DNA from: Octopus vulgaris
Lineage: Eukaryota
Direction of reading: 5' to 3'
DNA length: 64,000 nucleotides
Assembly (NCBI GenBank): GCA_951406725.2
Contig: OX597818.1
Span: forward strand, 105,648,001 to 105,712,000
Positions 24,026-36,976 of the stretch are shown in pieces (the stretch's first letter is position 1; every line of letters begins with the position of its first letter). A model generated the notes under the pieces. That model ran no database searches. It saw only the letters and a program-made list of their open reading frames with translations, and was not told where the DNA came from. Made by a program: the position numbers and the translations under genes.

Positions 24026-26699
24026 CGTAGAGGATTTAGAACTGGTTGTAGTGTTGTTGAAATTGTTGTTCATATTGGAAGTAACACCAATGATTGTTCT
24101 TGTCATCTGGCTCCAGGTTATTCATTATGGAGCAGACCAATGAATCAAAGACATTTCTGCCATGACCATCTTGTCTTGTTTTCAAGTGTTTGACTTCATT
24201 GGTCAGTTAGTCAAAGCATCTTTTCTTTTTTTAAAATACAATTGGGTGTGATTGGAGGGAAGTTTGCTTGCTATTTCTTGCAGCTTGTGTGATGACATAG
24301 AGGACTCTTCGTTGATTCATAGCAATGGTGATGATGAGGCCATCATGTGTGTGGATTGATGTGCCTTCAAGTTGTAAAAAGATGCCAATACTCCTCAGTC
24401 ATCAAAGAACTGCTTGTTCCTTCTCTTTACCATTTTGCATTTGTAGCAATCACATTTCCAATGAAGAATTATATTTATGCATCTATCAGCCCATAGCCTC
24501 CTCCTTCATTGTCATTTGCTGCTTGTGCTCGTATGACATGTCCTCCGCCTCCCACTAGAGCATCCTACCATGGCCTAACTCTTGTTCGATGCAGCAGCTG
24601 CAGGCTGGAAGGGGCCCAATAGCAGGCTTCACACCAGATGGCTGGCCATGATTAAGGAAGATTGCAGAGGCTTGATACCACTTTGAAGGAAGTAAGGGTG
24701 CTGGTATGAGACACTGCCAGCAATGGGAGGCACTGGAGTGGGGGTGTTGACTCTATGCATGGTGATGCCTCTGGGACCGCTAACTTGCGATGATCCCAGC
24801 CCCGTTGAGCAAGAGCAGAGAGAGAACAATGAAAAAAAGAATGAGGCCTAATAGCTGTGCATGAGAAAAAAAACATTGAGGCAGCCTTAAGCCTCACTCA
24901 TCATGTAAAATTTGATGGTAAACATCAACTAACAATATTTATAAACCCCTCAACACACATTAGCAGGACAGGTGGCAGACCTGACTGCTATACCAGGTCA
25001 AAGTTTAAGGCCCTGGTAGCAGCAATAAATGAAGCTGATTTGATCTTCATTCCAAGCTGCCAAAAACCTCATGGTTTAGCAATAGGATTTAACAATAAGA
25101 TAAAAAATTTATTAATGATGAAAGGGTTCAAAGGAAAAAAAAAAGTTTATCATTTAAGTTCATCATCTGTTTTATTGTTAATAGTCAAAAAGGGAATGGC
25201 TGAAAAACGAGATTAATGCTATGGCCCAATTCTGTCATCTTAGTAATTTAATTGGACAGTTTATGTACCTGTGTGTGGAGAAATAGAGAAAAGAGAGAAT
25301 AGATATGAGTGTTCTTAGTCATGGTTGATTCATTAAGTTAGTAGCTGTTTGTTGTTGGAGTGTAGCAGAATGGTCATACAGACCAGTCTAGTTGTTGAGC
25401 AATATCTGATACTGAACTTAGTTTCACTTAACCCTTTAGCCTTTAAACCAGCCAGATTCAGCCCCTTGCACCTACCCTACAATAACATTCTAAAAATGGA
25501 CAGTCACATCATCAAAATCTGAAAGCTACTGGATAATGCATGATTAATTCAAAGCAATGTGAATAAATAAGCATTACATTTGACAGGGTAACTTGAATAT
25601 TAAAGGGCTAAATCATCTTGCTACAGTTCAATATGGAACAATTATCATGTCTTTTTAGAAATAACAGCGTAATCTGAATGCTAAAGAGTTAATGCATGAA
25701 TGTGTCTCTCCTCAATCTGTCCACTCAGTTCTTTCTGACCATACCTGTCTGAGCTCCTGCCTGGTTTTTTTGCTACCTGTTTTATAAGCTGTGATTATTT
25801 TAATCTTTTAGTATTTAGACCAGTCATATTCAGCCAAAATAATATTCTATCTGTTTTATGTTCAAGCTGGTTACATCTGATCAAAACATTCTGTTTTATG
25901 TTCAAATAAACCAGATCTGACCTCTCACACCTACCTTACAATGTCATTCTAAAAATAAACAACCACATCATCGAACTCTTGATGCAACAAGATAATGCAT
26001 GATTAATTCAAAACAATGAGAATAATATGCATTACATTTGACAGAGTAATTTAAATAGTAAAGGGTTAATCAGAACTTGGCTGATTTTCAGTTAACAATT
26101 TCTGAGTCATTAGAATTTTTGCTGACGTCAAACAAAGAAGCCAATATGTAGTTGTTACGTGTCATTGGTTAGATGTTTCGTGACATCATCATTCAATCTA
26201 AAAGTTTCCTATTTTGTGTTTGCATAGATCTAATTGTAAAAACAAACAGTCCAGGTTCAAATTGAGGCAGTGATCTGCTACAAGGACTTAATTTTATAAA
26301 TTTTACTCGCAGTAGAATTTCAATTTAATACTGCAAGTTAACCAAAAATCATCAAATGAGGGAGTCTCTACTTGGTTTCTAAGCTTACTAGAAATAGCAG
26401 CCAAATCTCATTGAAATTGACCTCGAAATAAAGACAAAATGATTGTGGCTAGAATGTGTGTTGATTGTAGGTCAGCTTCTTCTGAGCTGACTTGGGCTTA
26501 AGCAACAACAACAACAACAAAAATTGTCAATTTCACAATGCTGCTATTGCTCTCCTGTGGTGACTATTTACAGCTATGTGTGACTACTTACAGAGTGCAA
26601 CAGTGCTACAGAGTGCAACAGTGGGGAACGGATACAAATCTCAGGCTACACAAAATACAGTTACAGGACTCACTACCACATTACCAACCTTCTTTCAAT

Positions 26700-29600
26700 A
26701 ATGGTGATGATGGTAGGTGTAAGGCCAGCAATTTAGGGGGAATGGGTAAGTCTATTACATCAACCCCAGTGTCTTATTTTATTGACTCATATTTTATTGA
26801 CTCATAAAGGATGAAAGGCTAAGTCGATTTTGATGGAATTTGAATAATAATAATAATAATAATAATAAATGCCATGATGATGATGGTGATGATGATGATA
26901 ATAATAATAATAATAATAATTCTTTCTACTGTAGGCACAAGGCCAGAAATTGTGGGGGAGGGGTTAAGTCGATTACATCAATCCCAGTGTGTAAATGGTA
27001 TTTCATCAACCCCAAAAGGATAAAAGGCAAAGTTGACCTTGGCGGAAAAATAATAATAAAAATAATAATAATTGTTGAATGTTACCCATGATAATTAACA
27101 ACCAAGTACTGAAGCTTAAAATGTGCAGAAAGAGACTCTGTGAGATCTCTGACAGCAGGCTGCTGTCCACTCTCAAAGAATCTATCAGAGCGAACAAGAT
27201 CAAGCACTCTGAGAAGTAAAACAATAATAATAATGATCCTTTCTACTATAGGCAGAAAGCCTGAAAATTTGGGGGATGGGGAAAGTCAATCACATCAACC
27301 CCAGGACTTGACTAGTACTTAATTTATCGACCCCAAAATGATGAGAGGCAAAGTCGACCTCATCAGAATTTGAACTTAGAACATAAAGATGGATAAAATA
27401 ATGAAGAACAGGATAATGATGATAACATAATCAATAATGCTGATATAATGCCATAAAGATTGTGATGGTGGTTGTGATGTTGGAGGCTGTGGCAACAGCA
27501 ATATGGATAATGATGATGATAATGATGATGGTGTAGATGTGGTGGTGCTGGTGATGGTGTAGATGTGGTAACTTCAGTAAAGAGGATGATGGTTATGATA
27601 ACGATGGATGTTGGCAGTGGTGGTAGTGGTAATGACAACAGTATAGATAATGAAGATTATAATTATGGAGGCTGTAGCAACCAAAAACATATGAATGATG
27701 AAGATAGTAATTATAATGATGATGCTGAGGATTTGTTTTACTTTTCTTTTCTTTTTCTCCATTTTTATTTTCCCATGTTTCTCTCTTCTGTCTGCTTACT
27801 TTATCCTGTTGTTCAGTTCAGAGATCTTAATCTCTCAATCACGTCTTCCATTTCTTCCTATGACATCCACCAATAATCCATGGTAATTCCCATGTCATCT
27901 ACACAATTACAAATATTTGTCCATCTGATGCTTATGGTGCTGTTGTTGTTGATGTTATTGTTCTTGTTTTGCTTGTTTAGTTGCTACTACCACTGTTTCC
28001 ATGCTGTTATTGATGTTTCTCATCTCATCTCATCTTCTTCGCCCACTTATTCCTGAGAGGGTTGTGAGGCAGAGTCCTCAAGCATGCCTTCCATTGGGTC
28101 CTGTCAGAAGCAACTGTGTCCAGTTGATCTGCTTGGATCCCCAAGAGAGATCAACCAAACTCATGGATTTTATCCAACTATCTTGTTCGTCATCTACCCT
28201 TAGGTCTCCTGCCAGTTGATTTTACCCATAAAACCCATCCAGCAATTCTTTCTTTAAATATTTGGAAATCAAGTCTTAAGAGAAAAATTGAGTATAAGAG
28301 GTATCAGATGTAGTGTGCAAGAGAGAAGCCTGCACTGGTATGGATGAGGACAGTGGCATAAAGAAGTGCTGATCTCTAACTGTGAAGAGAAACTGTGGGA
28401 GAGGTAGACCTAGGAAGACATGGGATGAGGTGGTGAAACGTGATCTTTGGATGTTGAATCTTAACAGGCAATGACAAGTGACCTAGACTTCTGGCAATTT
28501 GCCGTACATGAGAAGACATATGAAGGTAAGTGACATCATGGTTGTGGCCAGTGAAAGCCACTCATGCCAGTGACACTTAAAAGTCACCTGTACTGGTGAT
28601 GCAGAAAAGGCATCCAGTACACTCCCTAAAGTGGTTGGTGTTAGAAAGGGCATCCAGCCATAGAAACCAAGTCAAAATAGACTGGAGTTTAGTGCAGCTC
28701 TCTGACTTACCAGTCCCAGCGAAACCGTCTAACCCATGCCAGCATGGAAAATGGGCGTTAAATGATGATGATGATGATGATTGTTTCTAATTTAGGCACA
28801 TGACTAATAATTTTGGGGGCAGTGTAGCTGATTGCAGTGATATCAGTACTTAACTAATACTTTATTTCATCAACCCTGGGGAAATGAACAGCAAAGTTGG
28901 ACTCATAGGGGCTTGAACTCAGAACAAATAGCCTGAACAAATATCATAAGGTATTTTATCTGCTCTGCTTTAATGATTCTGCCAATTCACTGTAGTATTA
29001 ATAATTCTTCTTACTATAGGCATGAGGCCTTAAGTTTTGGTGGAAGAGGGCTAGTTGTTTACATTGACCCCAGTGCTCATTTGTTACTTATTTTATTGAC
29101 CCCAAAAAGATGAAAGGCAAAGTCTTTCTCAGTGGAATTCAAACTCACAACTTGAAGCCACAAAAAATGCCACTAAAATGATTCTGTCAACTCATTGCTT
29201 TCATCTTAGAAGTTGCAATAGTAGTCCTTTCTACTAAAGGCACAAGGCCTGAAATTTTGGTAGAGGGGACTAGTCAATTACATCAACACCAGTGTTTCAA
29301 TGGCACTTAATTTATCAACCCCAAAAGGATGAAAGGCAAAGTCAACCCTGAGGAATATGAACTCAGAATGTAAAGACAGATGAAATGCTGCAAAGCATTT
29401 TACCCATCATGCTAACGATTCTGCCAGTTTGTTGCCTTAACAATAATAATAATAATCCTTTCTATTATAGGCACTATATTCTTTTTTACTATAGTGGGAG
29501 GAGGATAGTTGATTACATCAACCTTAGTATTTGGCTGGTACTTATTTCATCAACCCCGGAAGGATGAAAGGCAAAGTTGACTTCACTGGAATATGAACTC

Positions 29601-30110
29601 AGAATGTAAAGCTGGAAGAAAAGCTACTAAGCATTTTGTTCAGTATACTAAGAATTCTGCCAGCTCACCACTTTCATCACAGTAGTGGTATTGGTCTTAC
29701 AATAAGGAAGATAATAATCAAATATTATTTATTTTATTGCTTAATCAAAAGAAGAGGCAGTGCCCATGACCCTTTACAGGACCTACAAGGCTAGAGAGAA
29801 AAAAGAACATATCCTCAGACCAGAGACCAAGCTTGAATGCTTGCAACAGAGACACCCAAGGACTAGGTGTTGGGGATTAAGTCAATCCTCAAAGAAAACC
29901 ACTGCAGACTTTGAATGCAAAGAACAAATACTGCAAGCTATCCCATCTAATTCTCTAATGACTCCACCAGCTTGTTGCTCTTCTTGAGTACTTTACTTAT
30001 TTATTGACACCAGCAGGCTGGAAGGCAATGTTGACCTCAGCAGGACTCAAACTCAGAACGCAAGGGACCAGAAATATATGCTGCAAAGCATTTTGGCTGA
30101 TGCTTCAACA
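26700..30110 (-). mobile_element. Cluster of about 8 family-B SINE copies or fragments in the same orientation
   Basis: Variants of aaaggatgaaaggcaaagtcgacct recur near 26810, 27020, 27340, 28880, 29110, 29330, 29565 and 30020. Confidence 0.75.
28280..28782 (+). mobile_element. RTE LINE 3' fragment with (ATG)n tail; a similar copy lies at ~40760-41205
   Basis: Decayed RLHWYG...CGRGRPRKTWDEVVK followed by the shared 3' UTR. Confidence 0.75.
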
Positions 30111-30268
30111 ATACTGAGTTATTGATCAGCCTTCTTTGAGCAATAATTCTTTACAGGACTCAAACTCAGAACGCAAGGGACCAGAAATATATGCTGCAAA
30201 GCATTTTGGCTGATGCTTCAACAATACTGAGTTATTCATCAGCCTTCTTTGAGCAATAATTCTTTACA
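30041..30268. repeat. Tandem duplication, 113-bp period, 1 mismatch
   Basis: caggactcaaactcagaacg...gcaataattcttta starts at 30041 and again at 30154. Confidence 0.95.
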
Positions 30269-33200
30269 CAGAGTTGACTAAGATCACTCAAAAACAACAG
30301 CATTAGGAATAGTACTATATAATATAATGAGCCTATTGTATAGTGCTCAGGTGCACTGCACTATATCCTAGTACTTTGCTTTCTCTTCCTTCAGTGACTA
30401 GTGTTAACCAAGAACTGTACAAAGAAGTTACAAGCAATAACTGTACAGAACCTTACTTTAGGTTCAAATACATGACAGAGAGGTATGGCTAACAGTAGCA
30501 GAAGACAAAAGAAAAATGATATTATAACTGATGTGCAGTTTCAATTGTGTGCAGTTTAGGCTGAAAGCTTCCAGCTGGGCAAAGCTCCAGCAGGAAAGAA
30601 GAGGTGCTTCTACATCATCATCATCACAACCACCATCACCACCAACATCATCACCATCATCATCAACAACAACATCAATAACTGCAGTAAAGGCAACAAA
30701 AGTAACATTACCATGAACAACAAGAACAATAGCAACAACTCATCAATAACACAACAACAGCAACAGTAATATGAACAGAAATAATATAACGATCATCCTC
30801 ACCATCATCATCATCATTGTCACTATAAACTACATCAATAGTCACATCAATAACTAAACTAATAATCTAAAAACACCCTTTCCTATATCTAATCACACGC
30901 ATACATGTGCCAGAATATTTCCAGCATCTTTTTCTCATTATTATCTACTTTTTACTTGTTCCAGACATTTGACAACAGGCATGAAAGGTTTAGTTGAACA
31001 AAATTTCATGACTCCTTACATTTAGTATTCTAGCACCCATTTTACTATTTACCGCCATGGGTACTTTTGTAAGATCATTCTTGAAAATTACCACACCACT
31101 CAATGTTCATTTTCTAAAATCCTATGTACTTCTCCAGTTATTCTACATCTTGTAGACTATGTTCAGCTGATAAAGTCAAATAAGGTTAAAGCATGCTTGG
31201 AATTATTATCACCATATTGCTGTAGATCAACCTCACTTCCCACTGGATTGTAGACTTAAAACACTGCCCATTTTAACCCCATCACCTGTATTTTGGATAC
31301 TTTTAGTAGAGTCCACTCTGTTGCAAGCAATCAGGGCAGGTTTCTGATTTAAGGATACCTTTCTCCCTTTCTACTACCAACTTCAGAGGCTCTGTAAAGA
31401 GTCATTGGCAGTGACTTTCCTCCTGACTATAAAATGAAAAAAGAAAATGTATAAATCAACTTAAATTTCAAAGTTTCAAATAATGTTTCTTTTTTTTCTT
31501 GTCTCTACAGATGGCTTACTACATCAAATGTATTTGTGCCCATTTTAATGCTAGTTTTTTTTTTCGTGCTGTTCTGGGTGTTCTTCTAACCTTAATAGCC
31601 TCGCTAATTTCAAGTGTTAAAAAGCACCCAAGAGAGACAACTGTAATGTCTCACCCATACCCCCTTACTTGCAGCCAATTTGGTAACCGGTAGATCTTAC
31701 AGACAGACATTCAATAAACACTTACTTATCCTTCAATTCTCTTCTCACTTCATCTTTTTCCTTCTTTCTTCTCACACTACTTCTCCTAATACTTCTTGTT
31801 CACATAGGAAGGTTACTTGGTCCTGTGTTCCTTATCAGTTACTGCCAGTTTTTTTTAAACTTAGGGGATGTAAAATTCTGCTGTTTCTCATTTATTTCTC
31901 TCCTGTCAAAATTTCCCTAAAGAAGGACTTTGTCCAAAACATTGGATTTTCAACTCTTCATAGCAAATTCACTGTACCCTTTTTATCAATTTTACTACAT
32001 AATATAAGTCTTACTGATACAGACCGCCACCAGTTTCTTTGGAGTCTGTTTGATCATATATCTACACTGTACTTTACTAAAGAATATATCTATAAATTGT
32101 AGCCAACCCTGTATATAATAGACATGTGTAAACACTGTGTCTTTTTCTACCATATCTTTGTGGATAGAAATATATGGATCAGCCAGACTAGTCTCAATAC
32201 CATGTTCGGATTTTGTTAATGTCTCAGCTCACACTTTATCAGTCCATGAAGATTTTGTTTCTAATCCTAAAATTACTAAGGCATTAATTAAAGTGGATAG
32301 ATAAAGAGGGTACTCAGTTGCTGATGAAATCCCAACAGAATATTGAAATTTGTCTGGTTTATCCCTGTTTTTCTTAACATGAAGATATATATTTCTACAA
32401 AATGTTCATATTCTGTCTATACAGAACCTATTAATAGATGTTGGTTCTCAATATGTTCTCAAGTATCAATAGTATAGCAGTGAAACAAAACACTGTTAAT
32501 ACACAAGTAAATTACATAAATACATATACATATATTATATACATGTGTATATGTCTATGTGTGTATGTCTGAGTCCTTATGTCTGTGTGAATGTGAGTTT
32601 GTGTATGTATGTATACATCTGTGTGCATATGTGTTTGTGTATGTGTGTGTACATTTGGGTGGCCGTTGCCAACGCCACCCTGACTGGCCTCCGTGCCGGT
32701 GGCACGTAAAATGCACCATCCGATTGTGGCCGTTGCCAGCCTCATCTGGCACCTGTGCAGGTGGCACGTAAAAAGCACCCACTACACTCACGGAGTGGTT
32801 GGCGTTAGGAAGAGCATCCAGCTGTAGAAACACTGCCAGATCAGACTGGGCCTGGTGCAGCCCTCTGGCTTCCCAGACCCCAGTTGAACTGTCCAACCCA
32901 TACTAGCATGGAGAACTAACGTTAAACGATGATGATGACGATGTGTACCTGAATGTATATGTGTGTGCATATGCATATCTATGTGCATGTTTGTGTGTGT
33001 ATGTATGTGTTCATCTGTGAGTAAATATCTGTATGTGTGTATGCATGTGAGTGTGTGTATGTGTGTGTATGTGTGTGCATGTGTCTTTGTGTGTATATGA
33101 GGTTCAGGCATTATGCTGAGTGCTATGAGGATATTGTTTTGAAGTTTATTTTCATACACTAGACATTTACTCACTAACATAATTGTCAATTGTTGAACCT

Positions 33201-33648
33201 TGCTAATTTACTAAAATATTTAACATATTCAGGTCAATCTCATGAAATAGGTGAAGTTTCCTGCCAACTATTTACTTCATTCTCTAAATATATATTACCT
33301 GTTAGTATAATGGTTATTTGTTTTCTTTTTTTTTTTATAGTTTTCATCATTTCCTTCTCTCTATTACCTCTATCTGCTAACTTCTTTCTTTGATACTAGT
33401 TTGGGTACATACAGACATATGTGTGTGTGTGTGTATGTGTACACATATATACACACACACATACATGCATGTATATTTATAAGGTGCAGGTATGGGTGTA
33501 TGGCTGAGAAGTTTGTTTCTCAGCAACATGGTTTTGTGATCAGTTCCATTGTGTGATGGCACCATAGACAACTGTCTTCTACTGTTGTCCCACAACAATC
33601 AAAACCTTGTGATTAGAATTGGTAGAGGAAATTTGAAAGAAGTCCATC

Positions 33649-33707
<59 letters not shown>

Positions 33708-33909
33708 ATGTGCATATATATACGAATATATGTATATATATATGCATGTATGTATCTATCTATGTATATATGTACATTTAAACCCAAGAGAAATTACCTA
33801 TAACAGGCAATTTCTACGTGATGGGAGATGGTCAAAACGACCGAAAACCACAAAATTTAAGCAATTTCAAAGGGAATGAAAAAAATAAAGACTTTTACCT
33901 TGTTTTTAC

Positions 33910-33980
33910 GGTTATACCTATAGGTTTCGAATTCTTTTAGTAAATAAAATAATTTACACGGGAAATTCTCATCAGTAACC
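33910..33980 (-). ncRNA. Type I hammerhead ribozyme, canonical core, palindromic stem III
   Basis: The minus strand reads GGTTA-CTGATGA-GAATTT-CCCGT-GTAAAT-TATTTT-ATTTAC-TAAAA-GAATTC-GAAA-CCTATAGG-TA-TAACC. Stem I is GGTTA/TAACC, both core boxes are intact, stem II is two helices, ACCTATAGGT is a palindrome, and the cleavage triplet is GUA. Confidence 0.85.
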
Positions 33981-34080
33981 AAGCCATCCAAGACTAACCT
34001 ATAATTATGAAACCAATAGCACATGTCCCATCTTTATATGTTATAAAAATCCACCAACGCAATATATATGTATATATGTG

Positions 34081-34127
<47 letters not shown>

Positions 34128-34353
34128 ATGTATATATGTGTGTGTGTATATATATGTGTGTGTGTGTGTATGTGTGTACATATGTTTGTATATATACATA
34201 TACATATGTGTGTGTATATATATGTGTGTGTGTATATATTTATGTGTGTGTGTATATATTTATGTGTGTGTATGTATATATGTGTATACATATGTGTGTG
34301 TGTATATATATATATGTGTGTGTATGTATATATGTGCATGTGTGTGTGTATAT

Positions 34354-35460
34354 ATCATCATCATCATTTAACGTCTGTTGTCCATGCTGGCATGGGTTGG
34401 ATGGTTTGACTGGGCTGGCATGCTGGAAGGCTGCACCAGACTCCTGTCTGATTTGGCATGGTCTTCTACAGCTGGATGCCCTTCCTAATACCAACCACTC
34501 CGAGAGTATAATGGGTGTTTTCATGTGCCACAGGCATGGGTGCCATTTGCGTGACACCGGTATCTGCCATGATTTTGCTTGGCTTGATAGGTCTCCTTCT
34601 CAAGCACAACATAATGCCAAAGGTCTTGATCATTGCCTCAATGAGGCCCAACACTCAAAAGGAACTCAGCCACTTGCCTCCATGAGGCCCAGTGCTCAAA
34701 AGAAACTCAGCCACCTTGCCACCCAATGTTCGAAAGGAACTCAGCCTCTTGTCTCCATGGGGCCTAACACTCGAAAGGAACTCAGCCACTTGCCTTAGTG
34801 AGGCCCAATGCTTGAAAGGAACTCAGCCACTATGCCTCCATGAGGTCCAATGCTCAAAAGGAACTCAGCCAGTTTTCCTCCATGAGGCCCAACGTTCAAG
34901 GTTGATTTTCTTATGTGCCATCAGCACAGGTGCACTTAGTTTGATGGGTCCTCTTAAGCAGAGCACATCACCAAAGGTCTCAGTCACTTGTCATTGCCTC
35001 TATGAGGTTCATAGTTCGAAGATCGTGTTTCAATACCTCGTCCCATATCTTCCTGGGTCTACCTCTACCACAGGTTCCCTTCACATTTAAAGATCAGCAC
35101 TTCTTTACACAGCTTTCCTTGTCCATATGCATCAAATGACCATATCAGTGCAGTTGCCTCTCATGCGCACTACATCTGATTCCTCTTATGCCTAAATTTT
35201 CTCTAAAGATGCTTACACTCTGTCGAACATGCAGACTAACATTGCACTTTCAGGAAAGCATACTGGCTTCATTTCTTTCATGCCTATGCATGTCCTCAGC
35301 TGTTATAGCCCATGTTTCACAGCCATGCAGCATAGCAGTTTGCACACAGGCATCAAACAATCTGCCTTTCACTCTGAGAGAGAGGCCCTTTCTTGTCAGT
35401 AGGGGTAGGAACTCTCTGAACTTTGCCCAACCTAATCTTATTCTCACAGCTATGCTCTCG
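34354..35460 (-). mobile_element. RTE LINE 3' fragment with a ~38-bp minisatellite (34625-34900) in its 3' UTR
   Basis: RIRLGWAKFREFLPLLTRKGLSLRVKGRLFDACVQTAMLHGCETW; unit aaggaactcagccacttgcctccatgaggcccaa; (atg)n tail at 34354-34367. Confidence 0.85.
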
Positions 35461-35794
35461 GAAGATGGATCTTAATTTTATCATCTTTTTGGGGCACAAA
35501 AGGAATAAGAGTGCTCCAACTTGTTGATTGTCAAATTTATTAAATTATATGTCAGTATTAAGTTCACATAAAAGATATTTATTATATAATGTTATGTTTG
35601 TTGTGAAGAAGAATATTCTGTTTTTGTGACTAGTTACCAATTGTTATTGGGGAAGTGATATTGTAAGTGAAGTTGTGTTGTAAGTAGCAGAGAAGAAAGT
35701 TGTTTTTATTTTTTGAAGTGTCTAATCTTACTTAATGAAAGTTATTTCTGTAATTCTTTTGCCTCTTGTTGAACTTACTATTATGGCAGTGAAA

Positions 35795-35825
<31 letters not shown>

Positions 35826-35956
35826 GAAGGAAGGGAGAATCTATGTAACTCAAGGGAGAGAAGCACTTTTTCTTTTCTAGTTTTTCTCTTGGTGGAAGGA
35901 AAAAGAGAAGAGCATCCATGTTTTATCATAAGATCCTTTATTATTACCAGAATATC

Positions 35957-36175
35957 AAGATGGTGAGCTGGCAGAATCATTAGTGTGCCAGGCAAAATGC
36001 TTAGTGGTATTTTGTCTGCCGTTACGTTCTGAGTTCAAATTCTGCCAAAGTCAATTTTGCCTTTCATCCTTTCAGGGTCGATAAACTAAGTACCAGTTAT
36101 GCACTGGGGTCGATGCAATCAACTATTCCCTTCTCCCAAATTTCAGGCCTTGTGCCTATAGTTGAAAGGATTATT
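35957..36175 (+). mobile_element. tRNA-type SINE, family B, representative copy; others at ~7105-7290, 23640-23810, 50345-50577, 54795-54985, 56632-56810, 61920-62050
   Basis: ggtgagctggcagaatc...gttctgagttcaaattc.gcc.aggtcgactttgcctttcatcctttc...aagtaccagt recurs. Confidence 0.8.
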
Positions 36176-36976
36176 ACCAGAATATCTCTATGCTCACCAT
36201 GGATTTTTTTCTAATAATTGAAGTATTTGGGTGGGGAATTTTGTGTGTGTGTGTGTGTGTGACTGCACACGTGAATGCACATGTGTGTATGTGAGCATGT
36301 ACTTGCAAACACATTCCAAAAAACAAAAAAAACATATTTCAAGGTGTCATGAAGTGGAATCAGACTTGGGAGCACATGGATGCAAAGCAATTTTCTTTGA
36401 CCTCATGGTTACACCTGTGTCCTCACTAACAAATTTTGTACCAATATACCAATATAAGAAATCAATATTTATGGCATTGATCAAAAGATGTTGCTTTAGT
36501 TCTCACCAGAGAATTACTTATTTGTTTCTTTCTATTTATACCCTGACTATCTAATATCCACTTTTATTTTCAATAGATCAAAAAATATTCATTGAACACT
36601 TTCTGAGTTGTACTTGCTTGGCAAGTGACTTAATTAGAAATCATCAGTGTTGATTTTTTTTTTTTATGTCTGTTTCTTCAGTCCTGTTTTAGTTATGTAG
36701 GACAGGACTTTTGAGGCAGTGTTTTGCAGTAGCATGTCCTTCTTTAAGGATACCAATCCTTTTAATCACCTCTTACAACAATGCAGGGATCTAAGGAGCC
36801 TATTCTGAAAATCAAATAACCAGTATACATATGTGCAGGGCCAGATAACCAGGATACACATATGCAGAGCCATATAATCAGAATACATATATCCTGGGCC
36901 AGATAACCAGGATACATTGTGTAGTGCCTAATAACCAGGATACATATGTGCAGGACCAGATACATATGTGCAGGAC

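Noticed and set aside
31490-31700. Acceptor-like tttttttcttgtctctacag|ATGG (also ctgtctccag|ATG at 7580)
   Set aside because: The downstream translation has no FDXR or other recognisable similarity.
32311-32366. CTGATGA-AAT...ATT-GAAA-TTT-GTC hammerhead-like string on the + strand
   Set aside because: Stem II is only 3 A-T pairs and no stem I forms next to the core; it cannot be distinguished from chance without paralogues.
34007-34798. 263-aa and other Y/I/C/V/H/T-rich ORFs
   Set aside because: They are translations of (TA)n/(TG)n microsatellites and antisense RTE UTR.
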